Source: an uncultured Candidatus Poseidoniales archaeon (GTDB taxonomy: Archaea > Thermoplasmatota > Poseidoniia > Poseidoniales > Poseidoniaceae). Taken from it: a DNA stretch of 64,000 bases. Each line of letters opens with the position of its first letter. The first letter of the stretch is position 1. The stretch is taken from NCBI GenBank assembly GCA_964412625.1, contig CAYPPO010000004.1:11480-75479 (forward strand), in the 5' to 3' direction. Under the pieces are notes generated by a model, which was given only the letters and a program-made list of their open reading frames with translations, was not told the DNA's origin and ran no database searches. Below are positions 45,491 through 53,457 of this stretch, one piece after another. A program made the translations under genes and the position numbers.

Positions 45491-48007
45491 TTGTCCACAA
45501 AGAGACTTAGAAGTCGTTCTCAAAGGCGGATACTAAGTTGGTTACTAGACTATAGTGGTTCACTGACCGATATTTCTAACGCATTGAAAATCCGGACCTC
45601 ACACACGTCACTCGCGTTGAGCGAGCTAAGGAAAAATGACTTTGTTCATCGCGATGATTCCCATGGAATTCGTGGTGCAGTACACAGCATCACCACCCAT
45701 GGTAGAGACAGGTTAGAACAAGACCGTCTTAGTTTATACAGGAAATACTCCACTAACCTTGATTCTGATTACGATGGTATTGTGTTAGAATCTAAAGATA
45801 CAGAATTATTATTATGTTACCATAAAAATGCTCCAATTTCATTACTTACATTACCTTATGACCCATATACGGACCAACTTGAATCGTCCGCAAATTCCAG
45901 TGGAACAAAAGGGGTGATTTGGGCTTCAGTGGTTCCAAATTCTCTACGATGGTATTCGGCTAAAGATCTGCAACAAATAACCCCGCCAAACGAACTTTCT
46001 CGAGGTACTCTCGATGCTTGGTTGGAAAAAAGAGAATCCTTCGCACTATTACGAGCCAAATTATTCAAACCAACAAGTCAATGGAATGTCCCTCCAGGAA
46101 CTAAATTTAACTCCCCTTTAGCTAGTGATGATGTGCAATTACCATATGAATTGTGTCAAGGATCACACATCATTGGTAATATCGTCGAAACTAATCAAGC
46201 AGTTTCTTGGGGCGCTAGATTACATGCTCACTTGACATCTGATATAGACAGCAATTTACTCATTAACTCGTTTTCAGATAATGCTTGTGTGCTTCGGAAA
46301 AATGTCATTAAGCCGGATGTTAGTGCTATGCCGATAGATAGTCTCTATGATTGGCTCAAACTACGTCACAAGAGGCTTTCGAGTGAGAAAATACTTAGCA
46401 AATTCGAAGAAATGAAAACTATTATTCAGAGTCAATCCATAAATGGTCTAAGCCTTACACTACAAAAAGATATATCGCAAGATTTTGGTTATTGTGAATG
46501 GATTGATGAGATACCGCAAAACCTCGAGATTTCAAACTTATCAGTCGATGGATTGAAGTCAATAATTTTACATCTAAGAGAGAATTTAGACTATCCTTAC
46601 GTTATCGAGTGGGGTTTTGATACTGAAACTAATCTAGAGTTTCTCAATTACCTAGTTAGAGATAGTAACTGTAGGTTATTGGTAACAAGAATTGGACAAG
46701 CATTCCAATTAAATTCCTCGTTAGGGAGATTGGTCTCTTTACCAAAACTTGCCATGGCTAGATTAATTTTAGCTAATCAACAGTCAATAGATATTGAGCT
46801 TTCACACCAATCCAACAGCACTGTGGAGGTTGCACACAGCGTAATTCCTAGAGATGGTAGAGAGTTATTGCAGTCTTACCAAAATCATACTTGGAATTTG
46901 AGTTTAATGTCCGGGAAATGTGAAGATTTTCAACACAGAGATCAATTATGGCAAGCATTACACAAATATCCTACCGGCGATGAGAAATGGGCAAATCAAA
47001 TTGAAACCTCTAACGCGCTAGCCGCTTGGATTGCAACACCTCCAGAAAATCGTTCAAGTAGGTGGATAAGAATTTCAGAAAAACTTGAAGGCAAATGGTC
47101 AGATTTGATGGCTGTTGATGAAATTTCGCTGGATTTACTCGTGACTAGTATTGCTTATGCCAGTGATGAATGGCGTCTGAAAGCAATTAGAACCATATCT
47201 AATCACTTCCTGTCAGATAATCAAATGGTTGTTGAAACCATGAATTCCGTAATGAATTCCACTAATTCAATCACTATTGCAACTGCAATATTGTTGATTT
47301 GTGACAAACTACCTATGGAGTTCTCAGAAATAATTGATAATGCTATTGATGAATGGCTAGATTCGCCACTATTTACTGCTGAGGTGCTTGAGGCTTTATT
47401 TAGGCGAGAGGGAGAAGATACCTTCGACCGTTTCAATGCTTACTCAAGGGTACTATTAGCATCTAAAATACATCCAAAGAACTCAATACTGTACAACTGG
47501 GGCAGGTATGTATCTGCACTGCAAAACCTTGAGGTGATATCAAATGAATTAATGAGGAGATTCATGAATCTATTACCCTACCAATGGTGGTGTGGTAATT
47601 CATCAACCTGGCTAATTAGTCAGCTTTCTAGCTCCTCCGGCCGTAGGTGGTTATCCAACCAAACAATTCCATGGCCAGGTTTGATTTTCAGACTTAATGG
47701 AGAATTATGGGGTCCACCCGGATTGCGTGCGAGGTTTCAAAGAAAAATCCCTGATAGTACTGACTTGCTATACATAACAATGATGCAGGACTCAGTGGCA
47801 AAGAACTCGCTGATGGATGTTTTTGAGCTAGTTTCCAAATCAGAAGATAATAATTACCGGGTTACGCCTAGGACCCATCCCAAATTAGTCTATTTGCTAC
47901 AAGACATCAAATATTGGCCTGATTTTTCAACCGATGTAATCGAAGAAGGAGACTCAACCATTGGCGCTTTGATATATGGTATCTCATATCATAAGAATAC
48001 TCTCTAA
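45491..48007 (+). CDS. large orphan protein with an N-terminal MarR/ArsR-like winged helix and ~750 aa of unrecognised sequence
   Basis: The wHTH is RRILSWLLDYSGSLTDISNALKIRTSHTSLALSELRKNDFVHRD...ITTHGRDRLEQ. TTG 45491 follows the SD AGAGGTGA by 5 nt; the track start is GTG 45464. The gene is more AT-rich than its neighbours. Confidence 0.6.
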   Translation: MSTKRLRSRSQRRILSWLLDYSGSLTDISNALKIRTSHTSLALSELRKNDFVHRDDSHGIRGAVHSITTHGRDRLEQDRLSLYRKYSTNLDSDYDGIVLESKDTELLLCYHKNAPISLLTLPYDPYTDQLESSANSSGTKGVIWASVVPNSLRWYSAKDLQQITPPNELSRGTLDAWLEKRESFALLRAKLFKPTSQWNVPPGTKFNSPLASDDVQLPYELCQGSHIIGNIVETNQAVSWGARLHAHLTSDIDSNLLINSFSDNACVLRKNVIKPDVSAMPIDSLYDWLKLRHKRLSSEKILSKFEEMKTIIQSQSINGLSLTLQKDISQDFGYCEWIDEIPQNLEISNLSVDGLKSIILHLRENLDYPYVIEWGFDTETNLEFLNYLVRDSNCRLLVTRIGQAFQLNSSLGRLVSLPKLAMARLILANQQSIDIELSHQSNSTVEVAHSVIPRDGRELLQSYQNHTWNLSLMSGKCEDFQHRDQLWQALHKYPTGDEKWANQIETSNALAAWIATPPENRSSRWIRISEKLEGKWSDLMAVDEISLDLLVTSIAYASDEWRLKAIRTISNHFLSDNQMVVETMNSVMNSTNSITIATAILLICDKLPMEFSEIIDNAIDEWLDSPLFTAEVLEALFRREGEDTFDRFNAYSRVLLASKIHPKNSILYNWGRYVSALQNLEVISNELMRRFMNLLPYQWWCGNSSTWLISQLSSSSGRRWLSNQTIPWPGLIFRLNGELWGPPGLRARFQRKIPDSTDLLYITMMQDSVAKNSLMDVFELVSKSEDNNYRVTPRTHPKLVYLLQDIKYWPDFSTDVIEEGDSTIGALIYGISYHKNTL

Positions 48008-48346
48008 AACGATGGTTTCATGTATGTAATCTCACTGAGATATTTGCCGCACTAGCAACATCGGGCAGAGCTACTGTGAAATTGCAATGAAGTTCGATAC
48101 CAATGTACGGTCCGCTATCGAAGACCAAAATGACCCTTCGGGGGATGATTTTTGGGGCAAAAGCGGTAAACCATTTGATAGGTTATGGGTCCTTGTGCGA
48201 CGTAAGGATGAACTCAAGACAACCACCCTATCATACAGCACGCCCCGGCACCGAGGGTCAGGCCTTGGAGCAATGCGATGAAACAGGCCGTTAGGAGCTG
48301 GGGCACAGTGCTGCTGTCTCACTCATGGGAAAAACGAATTGTTTTT
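48004..48346 (+). ncRNA. structured RNA, probably signal recognition particle (7S/SRP) RNA; boundaries approximate
   Basis: A 387-nt gap with a GC-rich core that is open in several frames.
- An Alu-like 5' domain: hairpin 48012-48021, UGUAAU at 48025-48030, and hairpin AUCUC-ACU-GAGAU at 48029-48041.
- A long-range helix pairing 48063-48078 with 48304-48319.
- A helix-8-like hairpin (48243-48303) containing GGUCAGGCC (48256-48264) and GGAGCAAUG (48267-48275).
- A C(UUCG)G-capped hairpin with a K-turn-like UGA/GAUGAU internal loop (48125-48155).
- AAAAC (48006-48010) can pair with GUUUU (48341-48345), and a T5 run lies at 48342-48346. Confidence 0.55.
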
Positions 48347-48394
48347 ACAAAATCAAGCGATTAACTCAAAGGTCAAATTCACTACAGACTAGCA

Positions 48395-49417
48395 ATGGCA
48401 ACTGATGTCCGTTATGCGTGTTGCCTAATCGGTGGAACATTTGACCGCCTTCACTCGGGCCACAAACTCTTGCTGAGGATGGCTATGTCACGCTCTGATC
48501 AAGTTGAGATTCACGTATTAAGCGATGAGTTAGCAGGTCGAAAATCACCGTTTATTCAGCCATATGAGGAACGTGTTAATGCAATCTTGGATTGGTTGTC
48601 TGAAAAGTCATATCATTCGGTGAAAATTTTTCAATTAAATGACTCATTTGGTCCAGCACCCACTCATAAATTGGCCGATGCGATAATTGCCACACCAGAA
48701 ACTTTGGGCAATTGTAATGAGATAAATCGACTGAGAAAATTATCTGATTTAGCAGAATTAACAATTCTAGAGGTGCCTCATATGCTTGATTATTCAGGTA
48801 AGATAATTAGTAGTTCAAGAATTAGAAGCGGGAAAATTGACATCAATGGAAATGCATGGCTAGAGGACTATCATCGAGAAAATAATCTAAAGATGAGCGC
48901 TAGACTTGATGATGAACTGAAAACCCCGATGGGGGTTTTATTCGAGGGTCCAGAAGAATATCCTGAGGTTGCAATGGCTGAGGCACTTGAGTCGATTGTT
49001 CAGGCAGACAGTTCGATAGTTGCGGTCGGCGACGTCTCAGTAGCGACTCTACTGAGCCTGGGTGTAGTACCGGACATAGGTATTATCGATGGTATGACGA
49101 AGCGGGTTGAGTTACTAGATTGTGATAAAATAGACACCTCTAGATTTGCTAATTTATTGAGTACGGTCAATCCTGCAGGTCACATAACCCCGTCATTGAT
49201 CGATGCAGTTGAAAAGGCACTTTCAAATGATGACTCGACTGTAATCAATGTAGATGGTGAAGAGGATTTAGCACCGATTGTCATTCACTGTTTAGCACCA
49301 ATAGGCACCTCTGTAATATACGGACAGCCAAAGCGGGGAGTCGTTGTTCAAGTATCGAGTCTAGCTGTTAAAAACCGATGCAGAGATATCTTGTCTATGT
49401 TTGAGGTGGTTGATTGA
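48395..49417 (+). CDS. fusion protein: archaeal phosphopantetheine adenylyltransferase (PPAT) plus DUF359 GTP-dependent dephospho-CoA kinase
   Basis: The N-terminus has the cytidylyltransferase motif GGTFDRLHSGH. The C-terminal ~170 aa carries DUF359 hallmarks (VAVGDVSVATLL..PDIGIIDGMTKR ... VDGEEDLAPIVIHCLAPIGTSVIYGQPKRGVVV). Confidence 0.8.
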   Translation: MATDVRYACCLIGGTFDRLHSGHKLLLRMAMSRSDQVEIHVLSDELAGRKSPFIQPYEERVNAILDWLSEKSYHSVKIFQLNDSFGPAPTHKLADAIIATPETLGNCNEINRLRKLSDLAELTILEVPHMLDYSGKIISSSRIRSGKIDINGNAWLEDYHRENNLKMSARLDDELKTPMGVLFEGPEEYPEVAMAEALESIVQADSSIVAVGDVSVATLLSLGVVPDIGIIDGMTKRVELLDCDKIDTSRFANLLSTVNPAGHITPSLIDAVEKALSNDDSTVINVDGEEDLAPIVIHCLAPIGTSVIYGQPKRGVVVQVSSLAVKNRCRDILSMFEVVD

Positions 49418-50523
49418 AAGATAAACCACTGATTTCAATAACGGTTTGTGTCAGGAACGGAGTGGAATGGATTGACGGATGTTTAGAATCATTAAAGAAT
49501 CAGACTTACCGGCCAATCGAAGTTATTGCTGTTGATGATGGTTCGACCGACGGGTCTCGGGAGCGTTTGGAAAAATGGCATGATTCAGAGGGGGAAGTCC
49601 CAGTTTTCGTGTATTCTCAAGACGCGCTTGGGTTATCAGCTGGAAGAAACCTAGGAGTCAGCAAATCCCGTGGTGAATGGGTGGCAATAACTGACATAGA
49701 TGTGAGGCCAACACAAAATTGGATTACAAGTCTGTTTGAAAAAAGTCTTCCTGTCGATGATAACGAGACTATTGTCGCAGTAACTGGAAGAACTATATTT
49801 CAGAGAGCCGATGATTTAGTTAGCGTATTACGCTCGGTTGAAATCGAATCGAAATATCGCTCAAGGCCTCGAAGAACCAGCCTCGCGAATGGTCCTTGCT
49901 CTATGTTTAACAGGAAATATCTTGATGAAATTGGCGGATTTAATCCTTCATGGTATCACGCGGAAGATATGGAGGTAAGTTTGCAATTAATATCAAACGG
50001 AGGTACTATTGTTTATGCTCCAGAAGCGGTTGTAGCCCACGTTCCCGAATCAGGCAGAAGGCGATTCTTAGCGAAGCGGTCTAGGGATGCGAGGGCCCAT
50101 GTCAGGATTATGCGTAAATATCCAAAGAAGCGCCGGCGCGGGCCAAATTTTGATTTTATCGGCAGTTCTACAACGGTTCTGTTGGTAGCTCCGCTTTGGT
50201 TTACCGCAATAATTACTGGATTACCATTCCTATATTTTTTCTTGCAAGCAGAAAGTAAAACTTGGGAAGAGGTACAAACCTGGTGGCAGACAAATATGTT
50301 GCTAGTAACCCTGGCTCTTTTGCTAATTCAGGAACTAATCTTTTGGCGAGGCACACTAGGTGTGATCAATCGAACCGCAATTCTTCAAAGTAACAAAAAT
50401 CGGATTATTGTTTATTTTGCGTTTAAAGGCCTTATCATGCAATGGAGTTTAGCTTTGTGGAAAGGCTTGATGCTTGGGTGCTTAGATGCTATGCTAAAAC
50501 AGAATGGTCATGAATCAAATTAG
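49414..50523 (+). CDS. family 2 glycosyltransferase with C-terminal TM helices
   Basis: GT2 motifs (ISITVCVRNG; VIAVDDGSTDGS; ITDIDV; HAEDME). The TTG start overlaps the previous stop (TTGA), with the SD GAGGTGG upstream. Confidence 0.85.
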   Translation: MKDKPLISITVCVRNGVEWIDGCLESLKNQTYRPIEVIAVDDGSTDGSRERLEKWHDSEGEVPVFVYSQDALGLSAGRNLGVSKSRGEWVAITDIDVRPTQNWITSLFEKSLPVDDNETIVAVTGRTIFQRADDLVSVLRSVEIESKYRSRPRRTSLANGPCSMFNRKYLDEIGGFNPSWYHAEDMEVSLQLISNGGTIVYAPEAVVAHVPESGRRRFLAKRSRDARAHVRIMRKYPKKRRRGPNFDFIGSSTTVLLVAPLWFTAIITGLPFLYFFLQAESKTWEEVQTWWQTNMLLVTLALLLIQELIFWRGTLGVINRTAILQSNKNRIIVYFAFKGLIMQWSLALWKGLMLGCLDAMLKQNGHESN

Positions 50524-50529
50524 TCATGA

Positions 50530-51087
50530 TTATTGTTCATCTAATTCTGGTGAATTTGCTGCATAAACCAATGCGAAACCAAATGCCAATAGCGCAATGG
50601 TTACGGAATATACTCCCGGGTCAATCCATCCGGTCGCCGTTAACCCGAAGTATAGGTAATTGATTACCCCTAATAGCAGACACCAAGCACCCATGGTCTT
50701 GAACCAACCACCTCGGTCGGGGTCTGCTAATGACATCCATGTGTCATTCACGAAGATAGACTTTAACCAATCTCCTATGCCACCCTCCTCATTATTGATC
50801 GATTTGAATCCGAGTCCAGCAATGAGTCCACAAATAGCAATAAATACTGCATCTGAAATTACGAATGCCGGAGCAGTTGACAGGTCTTCGAAAGCTCTAT
50901 TGGTGATTTCAAATGTCAGAACCCCACTCCACGAAACTCGATAATTTGGATGAATCTCGCCTAGAAGATTTAGTACCGCTAGAAATATTCCAAGCGATCC
51001 CAAGCCGACAAACCAGTTTGACATGGTCTTGGATGGGTTAAGCACCATCTGTACAAAACTCTCATCGCTGTTACTCACTTCGCTCAT
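50530..51087 (-). CDS. hypothetical membrane protein
   Basis: 185 aa with about 5 hydrophobic helices; no motif recognised. Confidence 0.5.
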   Translation of the reverse strand: MSEVSNSDESFVQMVLNPSKTMSNWFVGLGSLGIFLAVLNLLGEIHPNYRVSWSGVLTFEITNRAFEDLSTAPAFVISDAVFIAICGLIAGLGFKSINNEEGGIGDWLKSIFVNDTWMSLADPDRGGWFKTMGAWCLLLGVINYLYFGLTATGWIDPGVYSVTIALLAFGFALVYAANSPELDEQ

Positions 51088-51147
51088 GCGTCGCCCACCT
51101 GCCTTCTGATTATAAGTACACCGAACCCAAAATTATGCTGAAATGCT

Positions 51148-52389
51148 CTACAACCTAGTTTGATACTTGTAGATGCCATTGAATATGTCTTCAAGTTCAG
51201 GTTCAGATTCGATCATTATTTGACCAGGGTCAATATTTTGTGGGATACATGAGTTAATTTCTTTTGACCGACCATACCTGCCTTTGCTGATTGTCCGGGC
51301 AGTTATCAAGCCCAGCATATCTAAACTAGAAATCAAACCAGATACACGTCTCTGGGTAAGTGCGTTCGTACCGAGATGTCGACATGCTTGGGAGTAAATA
51401 GAGTAAACTTCACCAGTTTGGATATTTTTCAAACCGTTCTTTTCGTTGATTATAATCGCCGCGAGTACAATTTTTTGTTGATTTGGCAGCTTTGCTATCA
51501 CGGGAGTCATTTGATCGGCCTCAATTTGATGTTGAGCAATTTTCACGTGATTCTGCTCGACTTTTTCTGAACCGCTCAACTCAGCCTTCTCAGTTGAAAC
51601 TCGAAGAAGATCTAATGCACACCTTGCGTCACCGTGTTCTTGGGCAGCAAGTCCTGCACACATCTCAATAACACCGTCTCCAATGACATCTTTATTTAGC
51701 GCAATTTTTACTCTTTCACGCAGGATATCTTGCAGTTGTTGCGCATCGTATGGATTGAAAACAACATCTAATTGTCCAAGCCTAGACCTAACTCTTGGGT
51801 CAAGGAAGTCTGTGAACTTTAAATCGTTTGAAATTCCGATAACGCAAGATCTTGCGCTCTTGAGCGATGAGTTAAGATTGGTTAAGTTGTAGAGTAAATC
51901 ATCTCCCGCTTTTCGAACTAAATGATCAATTTCGTCTAGTACGATTACGAACACACCCTTTCGTGAGTCCATTCGCTTTACTAATTCGCTGAACACCCGA
52001 TCAGTTGGCCAGCCGGTAAATGGGATCTCGTCAATTTCATGATCTTCCAACAGTGAATTTCCTATGTGACTTAGCACCCGATATTGGGTATCAATTTGTC
52101 GACAATTAACAATTACAGTTTGTACCGGCCGGTTAAGTTGTTCACCCTTCTGCTCAAGCTGACTGCAAACATAGTTAGTTACAGCAGTTTTGCCCGCACC
52201 TGTAACACCATAGAGGGTCATGTTGGAGGGGATATGCCCCTTCAGTGCCTCCACAAGATTGAATGACAGAGTTTCAATTTCACCTTTACGATGTGGTAGG
52301 TTACTTGGATGGTAGTTGTGACGGAGGTATTCTTTGTTCTGGAACAGGGTTTTTCTAGACAGATATCCATCAAAAATGTTGTCTGTCAT
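51148..52389 (-). CDS. cdc6: Orc1/Cdc6 replication initiator
   Basis: AAA+ Walker A LYGVTGAGKTAV, Walker B VIVLDEIDHL, sensor and arginine regions, and a C-terminal winged helix. Confidence 0.95.
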   Translation of the reverse strand: MTDNIFDGYLSRKTLFQNKEYLRHNYHPSNLPHRKGEIETLSFNLVEALKGHIPSNMTLYGVTGAGKTAVTNYVCSQLEQKGEQLNRPVQTVIVNCRQIDTQYRVLSHIGNSLLEDHEIDEIPFTGWPTDRVFSELVKRMDSRKGVFVIVLDEIDHLVRKAGDDLLYNLTNLNSSLKSARSCVIGISNDLKFTDFLDPRVRSRLGQLDVVFNPYDAQQLQDILRERVKIALNKDVIGDGVIEMCAGLAAQEHGDARCALDLLRVSTEKAELSGSEKVEQNHVKIAQHQIEADQMTPVIAKLPNQQKIVLAAIIINEKNGLKNIQTGEVYSIYSQACRHLGTNALTQRRVSGLISSLDMLGLITARTISKGRYGRSKEINSCIPQNIDPGQIMIESEPELEDIFNGIYKYQTRL

Positions 52390-52543
52390 TTATCCGTCCA
52401 CCGTTTCCATCATCACCTCGGCCTACGGGTCGAAGCGCGATGGTCGTCCCAGTCCGAGTCCCCCTCATAAGCATACCTTCGCCAAAAATTTTCAACTTCC
52501 TATTTTGATAGGTAAACCATAAAAATTTATTTTCTTCAAGATG

Positions 52544-53329
52544 TTAAAAAATCCATTTTCCTCGCCACCGAAAATGCGACCTGTCCTCAGCATGTATGAC
52601 GTTGTCTGGATGATGGGGAAATTCATCAGCGGTTATTTTTGGTTTAGTCGAGTTTTTCGAATCGATATATGTATGAGTGATTATGAACTTTACTTCGGGG
52701 TATTGCTCACTCAATGCTTGAATATCTGATGGTTTGTGATGTTCCTGACTAGGTACCCATTCAGGAACCGACATTTCGATTATTACTAAATCTGTATCAC
52801 CAATTGCCGAATACAGCGGTTCACAAGGCCCTGAATCGCCACTGTGAACGAATTTTGCCCCATCAGTTGATTCGAAACTATATCCAAAAGGGTCGACAAA
52901 TTCGTTGTGATTGACTTCAAACCTATTCCACTTCCAACCATCTTTGGTGCTACCCTGCGCTTTTTCATTCCAGACAATCGTTGAAAGGATTTTTTTCATC
53001 GAACCAGGGTATGCAATCTCACACAACTCCTCAATTCTCTTACGCGCTCCCGGGGCAGCAACAATTGTCAATGGTTGGGATAGTTCTCGGTCTGAGATGT
53101 AGGTTCTCTCTAACAGTAAGAAAGGTAAACCAAATATGTGATCTCCGTGGAGGTGAGTGATAAAAATAGTCGATATTTCACTTACCTTAATGCCATTTTC
53201 TCGTAATGAAATTAGTGCAGTAGGAGGCGCATCGATTATGTGTTTTCCATCAAATATCGCAAATGAATGGTGCCTGCCGTTAGGCAAAAATGCATTGCCC
53301 GTACCAAGCATGATTATTTCATGCGCCAT
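52544..53329 (-). CDS. metallo-beta-lactamase fold hydrolase (RNase Z/ElaC-like)
   Basis: MBL motif ITHLHGDHIFGLP, with a downstream His/Asp pattern (HSGDSG; ITHTY). Confidence 0.8.
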   Translation of the reverse strand: MAHEIIMLGTGNAFLPNGRHHSFAIFDGKHIIDAPPTALISLRENGIKVSEISTIFITHLHGDHIFGLPFLLLERTYISDRELSQPLTIVAAPGARKRIEELCEIAYPGSMKKILSTIVWNEKAQGSTKDGWKWNRFEVNHNEFVDPFGYSFESTDGAKFVHSGDSGPCEPLYSAIGDTDLVIIEMSVPEWVPSQEHHKPSDIQALSEQYPEVKFIITHTYIDSKNSTKPKITADEFPHHPDNVIHAEDRSHFRWRGKWIF

Positions 53330-53457
53330 AGTTACTCCAAGATGTCTTAGGTATTGTTATAATCGGTGTGGTCAGTAAAAGAGAAACTCCAATTTCCGAA
53401 CCTTCAATTACCCCCTCCGGTAGGCGATAATGCACCTGATTGGGCGGTGGTGGTTAC

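Noticed and set aside
48071-48322. Three overlapping 60-83-aa ORFs (48071-48322 minus, 48087-48281 plus, 48103-48294 plus)
   Set aside because: They lie inside the GC-rich structured-RNA candidate and are open in several frames simultaneously. They have no SD sites or coding-like composition.
48004-48346. Alternative identification of the structured RNA as RNase P RNA (GGUAAACC, GAUAGG, GAUGAA and ACAG strings; two K-turn-like motifs as in archaeal P12/P16)
   Set aside because: No CR-I GAGGAAAGUCC is present and I could build no P4 pairing. The matching strings occur in the wrong order relative to the RNase P consensus. The SRP-like topology and the GGUCAGGCC...GGAGCAAUG flanks fit better. 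Only a covariance-model search can settle this.
52405-52420. C-box-like GUGAUGA on the cdc6 strand, suggesting a C/D box sRNA
   Set aside because: There is no D box (CUGA) or C'/D' pair at the proper spacing. The downstream sequence runs straight into the cdc6 SD and start codon.
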